Counted from the first letter of the stretch, positions 1-8,870 are shown. The stretch is DNA of 64,000 bases from Gammaproteobacteria bacterium (GCA_024709225.1 JANJXC010000033.1:1648-65647); one strand, 5' to 3'. The notes: generated from the sequence alone by a model not told the origin. Program-made: numbers and translations.

Positions 1-1073
1 TCGTGTTCGGTGTTGCCGGCGCCGAGACTGACGCGCACCGCGCAACGCGCGAGGTCTGCCGTCACGCCCATGGCCCGCAGCACATGGCTCGGCTCATGGT
101 AGCCACTGCCGCAGGCCGCGCCGCTCGACAGCGCGATACCCTGGCGGTCGAGCTCCAGCAACAAGGTCTCGCCCTCCATGCCGGGCAAGGCCAGGAATAC
201 CGTGTTGGGCAGGCGGGACGCCCCGCCGCCGAACACCACCGCCTGCGGCACCTGCGCCGTCAGGCCCTGCTCCAGCCGCTGCCGCAGCGCGGTCATGCGC
301 GTACGGCGCAGTTCCAGTTCCGTCGCCGCCAGTTCCGCGGCGATACCGAAGCCGACAATACCGGCCAGATTCTCGGTGCCGCCGCGGCGGCCCTTCTCCT
401 GGCCGCCGCCGTGCAGCAGCGGCTCCAGGTCCACCGCCTTGTCCACCACCAGCGCGCCAACCCCCTTGGGGCCGTTCAGCTTGTGCGCCGACATGCTCAT
501 CAGGTGGGCGCCGCTGGCGGTGAAATCAAGCGGCATCTTGCCCAGCGCCTGCACCGCATCGGTGTGCAGCACGGCGCCCGCCGGGCGCACCGCCGCCGCA
601 ATGGCGGCAATATCGTTCACCACGCCGGTTTCGTTATTGGCCCACATCACCGAAACCAGGCGCGCACCGTCCCGCAGCGCCGCTTCAACCGCCTGCGCCG
701 TTACCTCTCCCTGGTCCGTCACCGGAATGGTTGCTGCCGTCCAGCCCGTGCGGGCCAAGGCCGCCACCGGCTGCTGCACCGAGGCATGCTCCACGGCGCT
801 TACCGCGAGGCGTGCGGCCGGCAAACGCGCCGTCACGCCCTTGAGGGCGGCATTGTTGGCCTCGGTGCCGCCGCTGGTGAAGATCACCTGCGAGGGATGG
901 GCACCGGCCAGTGCCGCCACCTGCTCCCGCGCCCGCTCCAGCGCCGCGCGCGCGGCGCGACCCAGGGCATGGACGCTGGAGGGGTTGCCACCTGCCCCCT
1001 GCAACCAGGGGAGCATCGCCTCCAGCACCCGCTCATCGAGCGGGGTGGTGGCGTTGTGATCCAGATAGATCAC
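1..1073 (-). CDS. cysteine desulfurase, IscS/NifS family (3-prime end beyond left window edge)
   Basis: Absent from the ORF track because it runs off the edge. My minus-strand translation from GTG at 1073-1071 gives (M)IYLDHNATTPLDERVLEAMLPW... and the PLP-lysine motif SAHKLNGPKGVGAL. It lies directly downstream of iscR. Confidence 0.85.
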   Translation of the reverse strand, partial: MIYLDHNATTPLDERVLEAMLPWLQGAGGNPSSVHALGRAARAALERAREQVAALAGAHPSQVIFTSGGTEANNAALKGVTARLPAARLAVSAVEHASVQQPVAALARTGWTAATIPVTDQGEVTAQAVEAALRDGARLVSVMWANNETGVVNDIAAIAAAVRPAGAVLHTDAVQALGKMPLDFTASGAHLMSMSAHKLNGPKGVGALVVDKAVDLEPLLHGGGQEKGRRGGTENLAGIVGFGIAAELAATELELRRTRMTALRQRLEQGLTAQVPQAVVFGGGASRLPNTVFLALPGMEGETLLLELDRQGIALSSGAACGSGYHEPSHVLRAMGVTADLARCAVRVSLGAGNTEH

Positions 1074-1094
1074 GGTCGACCGTCACCTCTGCTC

Positions 1095-1574
1095 TCAGCC
1101 GGCGACGGCCTTCCTGCCGGTATCCAGCGCCACCGGCTTGTGCTCGTGCTTGTGGCCGCTGGCTTCACGCACATGGTGCTGCGCCACCAGCTTGGCCAGG
1201 CTGATGCCCTGCAGGAAGGCATAGATCTGGTTGCTGAGGTCGCACCACAGCTCGTGGGTGAGGCACTCGCCATCGTCGTGGCAATTGCCCAGGCCGTTGC
1301 AGCGCATGGCGTCGACCTTCTCGTCCACCGCGGTAATCACGTCGGCGACGCAGATCTCGGCCGCATCACGGCTCAGGCGGTAACCGCCGCCAGGACCGCG
1401 GGCGGAGTCGACCAGCCCGTTCTTGCGCAGTTTGGAAAACAGCTGCTCCAGATAAGAAAGGGAAATCCCCTGGCGCTGGGAGATGTCCGCCAGCGTAATG
1501 GGGCCATCCTTATAGTGGAGAGCCAGGTCGAGCATTGCAGTGACCGCGTAGCGGCCTTTCGTAGTCAGCCTCAT
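1095..1574 (-). CDS. iscR: Fe-S cluster assembly transcriptional regulator IscR (Rrf2 family)
   Basis: N-terminus [19 protein letters not shown]... is a typical Rrf2 wHTH. A Cys cluster is present ([13 protein letters not shown]). It sits upstream of the cysteine desulfurase. Confidence 0.92.
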   Translation of the reverse strand: MRLTTKGRYAVTAMLDLALHYKDGPITLADISQRQGISLSYLEQLFSKLRKNGLVDSARGPGGGYRLSRDAAEICVADVITAVDEKVDAMRCNGLGNCHDDGECLTHELWCDLSNQIYAFLQGISLAKLVAQHHVREASGHKHEHKPVALDTGRKAVAG

Positions 1575-1643
1575 TGCCTTGTCCCTATAGACCCAGTAAA
1601 GTTGTGGATGTCGGTAGCGGCTAAATTAGCAATACCAAGCAAA

Positions 1644-2471
1644 TCAGTCAACTTTTTTTTCCGTTCTTTCCGCAGGGCATCCACTGCACTCCCCCGCCGC
1701 CTGCCGGCTCAGTTTCGGTTCTTGCACCGCCCGGATCTCGCACGCCCCCAGCGGCGGAATCGGGGTATCGCCCAGCTCCGCGCCCAGCGCCTTCAGCCCC
1801 TTGCACATCTCCTCCATCTTGCTGTCCATGGCATGGATGTGGTCCAGCATGCAGTTGATGGCATTGGCCACCGGGTCCGGCATGTCCTGGGTGGTGCCGT
1901 AGGCATCGAAGCCGATCTTCTCGGCGATGGCGCGGCGGCGCTCGGTGTGCTCGTCCACCTTGCGGTTGACCACACGGCCGGGTATCCCCACCACCGTGGC
2001 CCCTTCCGGCACATCTTTCACCACCACGGCATTGGAGCCGATACGCGCCCCCTTGCCGATGGTGATGGGGCCGAGCACCTTGGCGCCGGCGCCCACCACC
2101 ACGTTGTCCTCCAGGGTGGGATGGCGCTTGCCCTTGACCCAGCTGGTGCCGCCCAGGGTGACGCCGTGATAGAGGGTGCAGTCATCACCGATCACCGCGG
2201 TCTCGCCGATCACCACCCCCATGCCGTGGTCGATGAAGAAGCGGCGGCCCAGGGTGGCGCCGGGATGGATCTCGATGCCGGTGAGCCAGCGGGCGAAATG
2301 GGACAGCACGCGCGCCAGCCACTTCCAGCCCCAGTGCCACAGGCGATGGCTCAGCCGATGCACCAGCACCGCATGCAGGCCCGGATAGGCCGTAAGGATC
2401 TCCAGGGTACTGCGCGCCGCCGGGTCGCGCTCGAAGATGCAGCGGATGTCCTCGCGTAGGGAGTCGAACAT
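1644..2471 (-). CDS. cysE: serine O-acetyltransferase
   Basis: Hexapeptide-repeat core [29 protein letters not shown]...[21 protein letters not shown], plus the conserved position next to iscR. Confidence 0.9.
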   Translation of the reverse strand: MFDSLREDIRCIFERDPAARSTLEILTAYPGLHAVLVHRLSHRLWHWGWKWLARVLSHFARWLTGIEIHPGATLGRRFFIDHGMGVVIGETAVIGDDCTLYHGVTLGGTSWVKGKRHPTLEDNVVVGAGAKVLGPITIGKGARIGSNAVVVKDVPEGATVVGIPGRVVNRKVDEHTERRRAIAEKIGFDAYGTTQDMPDPVANAINCMLDHIHAMDSKMEEMCKGLKALGAELGDTPIPPLGACEIRAVQEPKLSRQAAGECSGCPAERTEKKVD

Positions 2472-2893
2472 AGGATAGGGGCCGTCAGCAATTTCCGATT
2501 AAACGTGTCGGCTTGATTCTCGCACACTGCGGGGGCGCTATGACAGCATCACGAGCCTTAGCCACAGAGCGCACGACGCCATAATGGTGCCCTCCTAAAT
2601 GCTCCGACGCCCGTCCCCGGACATCCTGGCGCACTTCTTGGTCGCGTATTGACACCCTTACAAATACGGTGGTATTTGTGCGTCTGCTGCATCATAGGGA
2701 AATGAACTAAAAATGGACCTTGCCCCCCTCCTGTCCCTGACGCCTCACTTTTGGGCACGGCCATCCCGCTTCGGCCCCACGACCGCTCCCTCCCGATTTC
2801 TCGCGACCTTTCCGCCACAACCACGAACGTAGTTCGCCAGTCCTAACTGGTGCCTGTTTGTATTCTCCCAACCATTTTTCAAAGGAGTGAAAA

Positions 2894-3319
2894 ATGAGAA
2901 TGACCGGCAAGCTGATGGCCACCGCGCTCATCTGGATCACCTTGGCAGGAACAACCCATGGCAAGGCATTATCGGCATTTCACGGCGTCCTCCAGTTCCC
3001 GGATGGAGGAACACCGGTGGTTGTCACCGACGGAATCTATGAACGCCATGCGTACCCATACTTCGGTACACTCCTCACCATAGTCACTAGCGACTGGCAA
3101 GACTACAATCCGGATCACGGAGACACATGGGTACTGGATGTCTACAACAACAAAACCCAGAATATTGACGCACATGTCGTACTTTCATATGACGCCGGCA
3201 GTGATTGTCTTGTACACCAAGGCAGCCCGGTTATCTGCGGCCTATATGTGACTGAAGGCTCATATATCAATCGGACGAATTACCTCGACATCTATTTTTA
3301 TGGTTCCTGTACTGGCTAG
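2894..3319 (+). CDS. hypothetical secreted protein (N-terminal part of a frame interrupted by TAG at 3317-3319)
   Basis: AGGAG lies 6 nt upstream of ATG 2894. Signal peptide MRMTGKLMATALIWITLAGTTHG. AT-rich codon usage unlike the flanks. Confidence 0.5.
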   Translation: MRMTGKLMATALIWITLAGTTHGKALSAFHGVLQFPDGGTPVVVTDGIYERHAYPYFGTLLTIVTSDWQDYNPDHGDTWVLDVYNNKTQNIDAHVVLSYDAGSDCLVHQGSPVICGLYVTEGSYINRTNYLDIYFYGSCTG

Positions 3320-3433
3320 CATGGCTACGCGCTGCAGGGAACCACCCCGAACAGCTATAACTCGTGGGACTTCACCCCGACGCGATTCAGGCCGGATATA
3401 GACATACTGAAATACACAAGTTCGATTTGGCCA

Positions 3434-4294
3434 ATGTTGTCTGTGAGCGAAAGCGGAAAAACAATGGTTGCCGCACTTGTCGTTGATGATCTTGGGTGCC
3501 ACATTCCTCTACACGACATAGACGTAACATTCGAAAATCGCTTCGTCCCCGGCTCCGGCGGTCACGCCAATATCACCACCGAAGCACCCATCACAGGCCA
3601 TTACCAAGCTATCGAAGCCTATGGGGGAGACATACCTGAAACACAAGAACGATCCATTTCATTTCCACAAGGAGCCCCCCAATCATATACAGTCGCCCCC
3701 GTTGTTGAAGGAAAGACAAATCAGCTTGGGTGGTTTGCTGCCAACTACATAGCGGGGATTTTCGGCGGCGAAGAACGCCTGAAACTAACTGCAAACATTG
3801 ACCATGTATCCGACAAAGATCCTGCTGCGAAAACGTCCAAGGAAGACACCCTGACAATCAAGGTTGCCGGGCTCGTGGAAATGGAAAAGAACGGCATCCA
3901 CCATAAATTCAACTTCGCAGGTTCTTGCAGCACTATGCCCGTAGAATCGATACCTTTAGAAGCAGAAGCGCGCTGGCTCACCCCAAACAACAAGACTCGG
4001 GCCTTGGTGCTTGCCAACATGTGGTTCAACGTTTATGAGGAAAAATTGTCGTACAACGATGCCAGCCTAAGATATGGAGGCGTGATTGACAGCAAAACAA
4101 TTGAACAGGGATGTCACCAGACACACCGAAAAGGAACTCACATAGATATAAACAGAAACGCAAACAATTTGGATGGCGGATGTACGATCATAAATGGATC
4201 ACAAGTTTGCAGGATGGATTATTTATTGATATTTGCAAGCGCAGTCGGATTGATACAAGGCGAGTCCAGCGGCATTCACTTACAGGGGAATTAA
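3434..4294 (+). CDS. hypothetical protein, C-terminal HxxGxxxD (M15/LAS-like) motif; same frame as 2894..3319, stop-free from 3320
   Basis: ORF track, 286 aa. No signal peptide or obvious RBS of its own. The motif THRKGTHIDI and a later GIHLQ resemble zinc-ligand motifs of LAS/M15 cell-wall peptidases (weak, by eye). Confidence 0.5.
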   Translation: MLSVSESGKTMVAALVVDDLGCHIPLHDIDVTFENRFVPGSGGHANITTEAPITGHYQAIEAYGGDIPETQERSISFPQGAPQSYTVAPVVEGKTNQLGWFAANYIAGIFGGEERLKLTANIDHVSDKDPAAKTSKEDTLTIKVAGLVEMEKNGIHHKFNFAGSCSTMPVESIPLEAEARWLTPNNKTRALVLANMWFNVYEEKLSYNDASLRYGGVIDSKTIEQGCHQTHRKGTHIDINRNANNLDGGCTIINGSQVCRMDYLLIFASAVGLIQGESSGIHLQGN

Positions 4295-4297
4295 TAA

Positions 4298-5290
4298 ATG
4301 AACTATCCAAAACAATTTCTACTCGGACTCTCTGTTTACTTTTTTTCCACTTTTGCATCAGCAGAAATAACCCGCTATGACTTAAGTCCAGTAACTGTGC
4401 GCGTGGAATATTCGATAAACAAAAATGGCCAGTGGGAATATCGCTACAGCGTTACCAATGACAGCCAACATAGGCTTTCGCAATTTTTACTTGATCTTGT
4501 CTGCGAACATAGCCAGAGCATTGCAGATGACGAGGTACCCGCACCACAAGGAGAGGGATTTATCGATCTGGCCAAATATCCCGAGATTGAATTGCTGCGA
4601 AAGGGCGTGCATGTGCCAGCAACACTTTCTGCCGCCTACGGCGCAGCGGCCTTTTGGGGAATATCGGTAAATAACGAGGCCTTTTGGTACATGAAAACCG
4701 CCCCCGGATCGATAAGCGAGGGACTGTTGCTGGTCAGCAAAGGTCAGCCGACCATGCGCAAATACACGATTACCCCTTATTTCGAACTCGACATGTCGCG
4801 CGAGGACGGCGCACCTGAAGCGGACGAAGAAAACAGCTACGCGCTGTATGGCCTCATCATCGGCCCCTCCTGCGAAGAAAGTACCGACGTACCACCTGAA
4901 GAACCCAACAACCCCGTCTTTGAGGGCACGCCCCCCGGCGCCTTCGGTCTTTACGGTGTGAATCACGTCCTCACCTATGCCACGCCCACCCAGTCCCAGC
5001 TCAGCGTACCGGCCAACCAGACGGACATCGCCCTGACCGTACACTACGCCGGCGACATGGACCCCGCCTCGTTCAAGGTGGAGCCGGGCTGGACGCGGGA
5101 GCTGTTCAATCCGGTGCCAGGGAGCAGCGAGACGGTGATGCTGCCATTGAAGCCGGGACTCAACCGGTTCCGCCTGGAGGCCAATTTGATGGATAACGAG
5201 ACCAGGGCCGTACGACGGCCGACGCATGACCTCGATGTATTTGCCATCCGCCGCGGCAAGACGCCGCCCGGCCAGGCGAAGAAGCAGTAA
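4298..5290 (+). CDS. hypothetical secreted protein
   Basis: ATG lies 4 nt after the upstream stop. Signal peptide MNYPKQFLLGLSVYFFSTFASA. Coding-like composition across a GC gradient. Confidence 0.6.
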   Translation: MNYPKQFLLGLSVYFFSTFASAEITRYDLSPVTVRVEYSINKNGQWEYRYSVTNDSQHRLSQFLLDLVCEHSQSIADDEVPAPQGEGFIDLAKYPEIELLRKGVHVPATLSAAYGAAAFWGISVNNEAFWYMKTAPGSISEGLLLVSKGQPTMRKYTITPYFELDMSREDGAPEADEENSYALYGLIIGPSCEESTDVPPEEPNNPVFEGTPPGAFGLYGVNHVLTYATPTQSQLSVPANQTDIALTVHYAGDMDPASFKVEPGWTRELFNPVPGSSETVMLPLKPGLNRFRLEANLMDNETRAVRRPTHDLDVFAIRRGKTPPGQAKKQ

Positions 5291-5546
5291 CCCAAGTAAC
5301 ACAAGCGTGTCCTGGCCCTCATCACATCGCCACGGGACTTCCAAGTCACCCTGGCGATATTCGGTCACAGGACAAACATGCGCTTCGCGCGGCCCCGGCA
5401 CGTCCTGCGTCCCACGGGCCTCGTTGAGGCCCTGGCCACAAATGACTCTACGCCGGCACGCCTTGGCTGCTTCGCCCGCCAAGGCCCGGCTACCGGGGGC
5501 TCCTTCGCCGTCCAGGCTCAGTCACTGGCACAAGGAGATGACAGGC

Positions 5547-6056
5547 ATGCAACGATTGCTGATGGCATTGATGGGCATCGCCGGGGTCGCCGCGACGGCG
5601 CTGGCGGCCGAGGACGCGCTGATCACCTTCCCGGAGCAGGCGAAGCTGCGGCAGCACGACGAGGCCAAGGTGGTGCTGGTGCGGTTTGGCGAGCAGATCG
5701 AGCGGCGTTCCTTCCGCGCCCTGCTGAACGGCAAGGATGTGACGGCCCTGGTCGAGCCGCGCCCCGGCCAGCAGGCGGTGGCCCTGCCGTTCACCACGGG
5801 TCTCAATGAGGTGGTATTCAAGGCGCGCCGCGCCACTACCCCGCAGGCCCCGCTGGAAGAGGCGCGCTACACCGTCCGCTACCGGCCGCCCGGCGACATC
5901 ATGATCCGGGCACGCCCCGGCGTTTCCACACCCAGCACCCCGGCGTCCCAGGCCCGGCTGGAGGAGATGCGGGAGGCAATGGAGGCCGGCGACATGGAGC
6001 GGTTCCGCCGTCTGCAGGCTGAGCTCAGCGGTGCGCCACCACTGCAATCCCGCTAG
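5547..6056 (+). CDS. hypothetical secreted protein
   Basis: AAGGAG at 5532-5537 lies 9 nt upstream of ATG 5547. Signal peptide MQRLLMALMGIAGVAATALAAEDA. The upstream part of track ORF 5226..6056 is Arg/Pro/Ser-rich and unlikely to be coding. Confidence 0.6.
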   Translation: MQRLLMALMGIAGVAATALAAEDALITFPEQAKLRQHDEAKVVLVRFGEQIERRSFRALLNGKDVTALVEPRPGQQAVALPFTTGLNEVVFKARRATTPQAPLEEARYTVRYRPPGDIMIRARPGVSTPSTPASQARLEEMREAMEAGDMERFRRLQAELSGAPPLQSR

Positions 6057-6058
6057 GT

Positions 6059-6198
6059 AACTGTTCCGACACGTGGCCAGCTCATCGTGGGGCGGGCTTC
6101 AGCCCGAGACAGGCACTCGACCAGCACAAAGGCTGTCGGGCTTGGGCCCGCCCCGTGAAGTTCGCAGCGGCTGATGTCGTCACCATTTCGGAACAGCT
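6059..6198. repeat. nested-palindrome intergenic element (MITE/REP-like), copy A
   Basis: Terminal inverted repeat CTGTTCCGA (6061-6069) / TCGGAACAG (6188-6196). Inner inverted repeat GGGGCGGGC (6089-6097) / GCCCGCCCC (6146-6154) with TTCAGCCCGA / TCGGGCTTGG arms. Confidence 0.6.
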
Positions 6199-6216
6199 AC
6201 CCAGCCCGAGCGGCGG

Positions 6217-6963
6217 CTAACGCTTCACCCGCTTCTGCGTCTCGGTGAGGATGCCGCGCAGGATGTTGAGTTCGACGCGTTCGGTGCGGGCGCGGTTGTA
6301 GAGCCGGCGCAGGCGGCGCATCACCTGGCGCGGATTGTCGGGGTCGAGAAAACCCACGGCGATAAGGGTCTGTTCCAGGTGGGCGTAGAACGACTCCAGT
6401 TCATCGGCGCTGGCATAGTCACCCTCATCGGGCGCCAGCGGCTCCTCGCCGAGCAGGGCCATGCGCAGCTCGTAGCTCACCACCTGCACCGCCGCCGCCA
6501 GATTGAGCGAGCTGAAGTCGGGACTGGCGGGGATGTGCAGCAGATAGTGGCAGCGCTGCAGCTCCTCGTTGCTGAGGCCGGAGTGCTCGCGGCCGAACAC
6601 CAGCGCCACCTCCTGCCCGGCCACCGCTCCCGCCGCGGCGCGCTGCGCCGCGCTGCGCGCATCGGACAACGGCCAGGGCAGCGAGCGCAGCCGGGCGCTC
6701 GCCCCCATGACCAGGGAGCAGTCGACCAGCGCCTCATCCAGGCTGTCGCACACCACGGCGCGGGTGAGCAGGTCGTCGGCGCCGGAGGCGCGCGCGGTGG
6801 CCTCGGCGCAGGGAAACTGGTGCGGCCGCACCAGGTACAGGCGCGACAGCCCCATCACCTTCATGGCGCGGGCGGCGGCACCGATGTTGCCCGGGTGGCT
6901 GGTCTCGATGAGCACCACGCGCAGGCGGCTGAGGGCCATCAAATTGTCGGCGGCAGGCTGCAT
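6217..6963 (-). CDS. trmJ: tRNA (cytidine/uridine-2'-O-)-methyltransferase, SpoU/TrmH class
   Basis: VVLIETSHPGNIGAAARAMKVMG, FGREHSGLSNEEL and SLNLAAAVQVVSYEL motifs. Divergent from suhB, as in other gammaproteobacteria. Confidence 0.88.
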   Translation of the reverse strand: MQPAADNLMALSRLRVVLIETSHPGNIGAAARAMKVMGLSRLYLVRPHQFPCAEATARASGADDLLTRAVVCDSLDEALVDCSLVMGASARLRSLPWPLSDARSAAQRAAAGAVAGQEVALVFGREHSGLSNEELQRCHYLLHIPASPDFSSLNLAAAVQVVSYELRMALLGEEPLAPDEGDYASADELESFYAHLEQTLIAVGFLDPDNPRQVMRRLRRLYNRARTERVELNILRGILTETQKRVKR

Positions 6964-7032
6964 TTTTCCCCTGTTCCCATTAAACTAGCGCCCTTCCCTG
7001 TTCTTTCTCTTTAACAATCGGAGAGTGCCTCC

Positions 7033-7836
7033 ATGCACCCCATGCTCAATATCGCGGTCCGCGCAGCGCGCCGGGCCGGCGACATTATCGCCCGTTCCGC
7101 CGAACATGTGGATGGCCTCACCGTCACCAGCAAGTCGCACAACGACTTCGTCAGCGAAGTCGACCGCCGCGCCGAGCAGGAAATCATCCAGATCATCCAG
7201 AAGGCCTACCCGCACCACGCCATCATGGCGGAGGAAAGCGGCGAGCACCGTCCCGGCGCCGATACCTACCAGTGGATCATCGACCCGCTGGACGGCACCA
7301 CCAACTTCCTGCACGGCTTCCCGCAGTACGCCGTATCCATCGCGCTGATGGTGAAAGGCCAGCTCGATCAGGCCGTGATCTACGACCCGGTGAGCCAGGA
7401 CCTGTACACCGCCAGCCGCGGCAGCGGCGCCCAGCTCAACAACCGCCGCCTGCGCGTATCGCGCCGCAACGACCTCGACGGCACCCTCATCGGCACCGGC
7501 TTCCCGTTCCGCCAGCCGGACCTGCTCGACCCCTATCTCAACACCTTCCGCGCCATGGCGCCCAAGGTGGCCGACATCCGCCGTGCCGGTTCCGCCGCGC
7601 TGGACCTGGCCTACGTCGCCGCCGGCCGTCTCGACGGCTTCTGGGAATTCGGCCTGTCGCCGTGGGACATGGCGGCCGGCGCCCTGCTGATCCAGGAGGC
7701 CGGCGGCGTGGTGAGCGATTTCGGCGGCGGGCAAAATTTCCTGCAGAGCGGCAACATCGTCGGCGGCAACCTCAAGCTGCACGGTGCCATCCTCAAGACC
7801 ATCCAGCCGGCCCTGCCGGAGTCGCTGCGCCGCTGA
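7033..7836 (+). CDS. suhB: inositol-1-monophosphatase
   Basis: MHPMLNIAVRAARRAG..., EESG, WIIDPLDGTTNF and GSAALDLAYVAAGRLDGFWE motifs. Confidence 0.93.
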   Translation: MHPMLNIAVRAARRAGDIIARSAEHVDGLTVTSKSHNDFVSEVDRRAEQEIIQIIQKAYPHHAIMAEESGEHRPGADTYQWIIDPLDGTTNFLHGFPQYAVSIALMVKGQLDQAVIYDPVSQDLYTASRGSGAQLNNRRLRVSRRNDLDGTLIGTGFPFRQPDLLDPYLNTFRAMAPKVADIRRAGSAALDLAYVAAGRLDGFWEFGLSPWDMAAGALLIQEAGGVVSDFGGGQNFLQSGNIVGGNLKLHGAILKTIQPALPESLRR

Positions 7837-7875
7837 ACGTCGTGCCGCAGGGGCCCACTCTGCGGCAACCGGGGT

Positions 7876-8210
7876 GCAGGAGCGGATGGCATCCGCGATA
7901 CAGCGCCGGGCGAAGCCACCACCCCATCGCGAATACGATGCGCCCCTACCAAACGGCACGGCCCCGTAGGAGCGGATGGTATCCGCGATACAACGCAGGG
8001 CGGAGCCACCATCGCGAATACGATGCGCCCCTACCAAACGGCACGGCCCCGTAGGAGCGGATGGTATCCGCGATACAGCGCCGGGCAGAGCCACCATCGC
8101 GAATACGATGCGCCCCTACCAAACGGCACGGCCCCGTAGGAGCGGATGGCATCCGCGATACAGCGCCGGGCGGAGCCACCATCGCGAATACGATGCGCTA
8201 CAGCCCCATC
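7876..8210. repeat. tandem array of four REP-like units, period 85 bp (first unit slightly longer)
   Basis: Unit G(T/C)AGGAGCGGATGG(C/T)ATCCGCGATACA.CGC.GGGC.GAGCCACCATCGCGAATACGATGCGCCCCTACCAAACGGCACGGCCCC starts at 7876, 7966, 8051 and 8136. Each unit contains the hairpin GCGGATG-G-CATCCGC. Confidence 0.9.
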
Positions 8211-8276
8211 CTAAAGTTCCCGGGACACCGACCGACAACCTGAAAGACTCATCATTTCAGGCGACGGAACAGCAGC

Positions 8277-8450
8277 ATGCAGACGCTCCGCATCAATGAC
8301 ATCACGCCCCTCGAACTCACCATGCGTGAGGTGCTCGATGGCCTGGACGATCTGGCCAGTGGCTTTGCCTGGCAGAGCACCCCGGACGTGTTCGAGATCA
8401 TCGCCATCGAGGCGCCCGGGCCGGCACAAGGCACGCACGCCGCGGCCTGA
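8277..8450 (+). CDS. small hypothetical protein (57 aa)
   Basis: Below the ORF-track length cut-off. My translation is MQTLRINDITPLELTMREVLDGLDDLASGFAWQSTPDVFEIIAIEAPGPAQGTHAAA. GC-rich third codon positions like the host genes. Weak RBS. Confidence 0.3.
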   Translation: MQTLRINDITPLELTMREVLDGLDDLASGFAWQSTPDVFEIIAIEAPGPAQGTHAAA

Positions 8451-8459
8451 GCCGCCGGC

Positions 8460-8870
8460 TCAGCGATGGGTATCGCCGGCGGCCTCCGGCTGATAGGTCA
8501 CCTCCAGCACCCGCAGGCGCAACACCTTCCCGCCCGGCCCCGGCCAGTCGATCTCCTGTCCCACCGACAGCCCGATCATGGCGGTACCCACCGGCGCCAG
8601 GATCGAGACCCGCCCGGCGGTACCGTCCGCCTCGGTCGGATAGACCAGGGTCAGCTCGTATTCGCGGCCCTCGCCTTCTTCCAGGCAGCGCGCCGTGGAA
8701 TGCATGGTAATCACCCCGGCCGGCATCTGCTCCGGCTCCACCACCTCGGCACGCTCCAGCTCCTGGCGCAGGGCCTCGGCCGCCGGCAGATGCCGGTACT
8801 GCGGTCGTGCCAGAAGGCTGTCCAGACGATCGTAATCGCTGCTGGTGATCTTGATTGCGGGCATGCTCAT
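8460..8870 (-). CDS. rnk: nucleoside diphosphate kinase regulator (GreA/GreB-domain)
   Basis: Resembles E. coli Rnk over its length, ending LEVTYQPEAAGD. AGGAG lies 7 nt upstream of ATG 8870. The track start at 8885 is an upstream GTG. Confidence 0.8.
   Translation of the reverse strand: MSMPAIKITSSDYDRLDSLLARPQYRHLPAAEALRQELERAEVVEPEQMPAGVITMHSTARCLEEGEGREYELTLVYPTEADGTAGRVSILAPVGTAMIGLSVGQEIDWPGPGGKVLRLRVLEVTYQPEAAGDTHR

Noticed and set aside
1575-1643. Possible IscR autoregulatory site upstream of iscR (AACTTTACTGGGTCTATAGGG on the minus strand)
   Set aside because: It only loosely resembles the TTTACTCGGG element I recall from the E. coli iscR promoter. I could not align it convincingly to the 25-bp type-1 consensus without a matrix search.
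3-2459. 818-aa plus-strand ORF spanning the iscS-iscR-cysE region
   Set aside because: It runs antisense to three clearly recognisable conserved genes. Its Arg/Ala/Gly/His/Gln-rich low-complexity composition is typical of stop-free antisense frames in high-GC DNA.
4487-5482. 331-aa minus-strand ORF in the island
   Set aside because: It is antisense to the secreted-protein ORF 4298..5290, which has a tight start context and a signal peptide. The composition is Arg/Gly-rich.
6985-8097. 370-aa minus-strand ORF, plus several 60-260-aa ORFs over 7272-8299
   Set aside because: The ORF is antisense to suhB and continues through the 85-bp tandem array. The repeating peptide (RIRDG...SAPTGPCRLVGAH) is simply the translated DNA repeat.
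7876-8210. Possible CRISPR array
   Set aside because: The units are directly adjacent 85-bp repeats with no unique spacers between them, and no cas genes are nearby.
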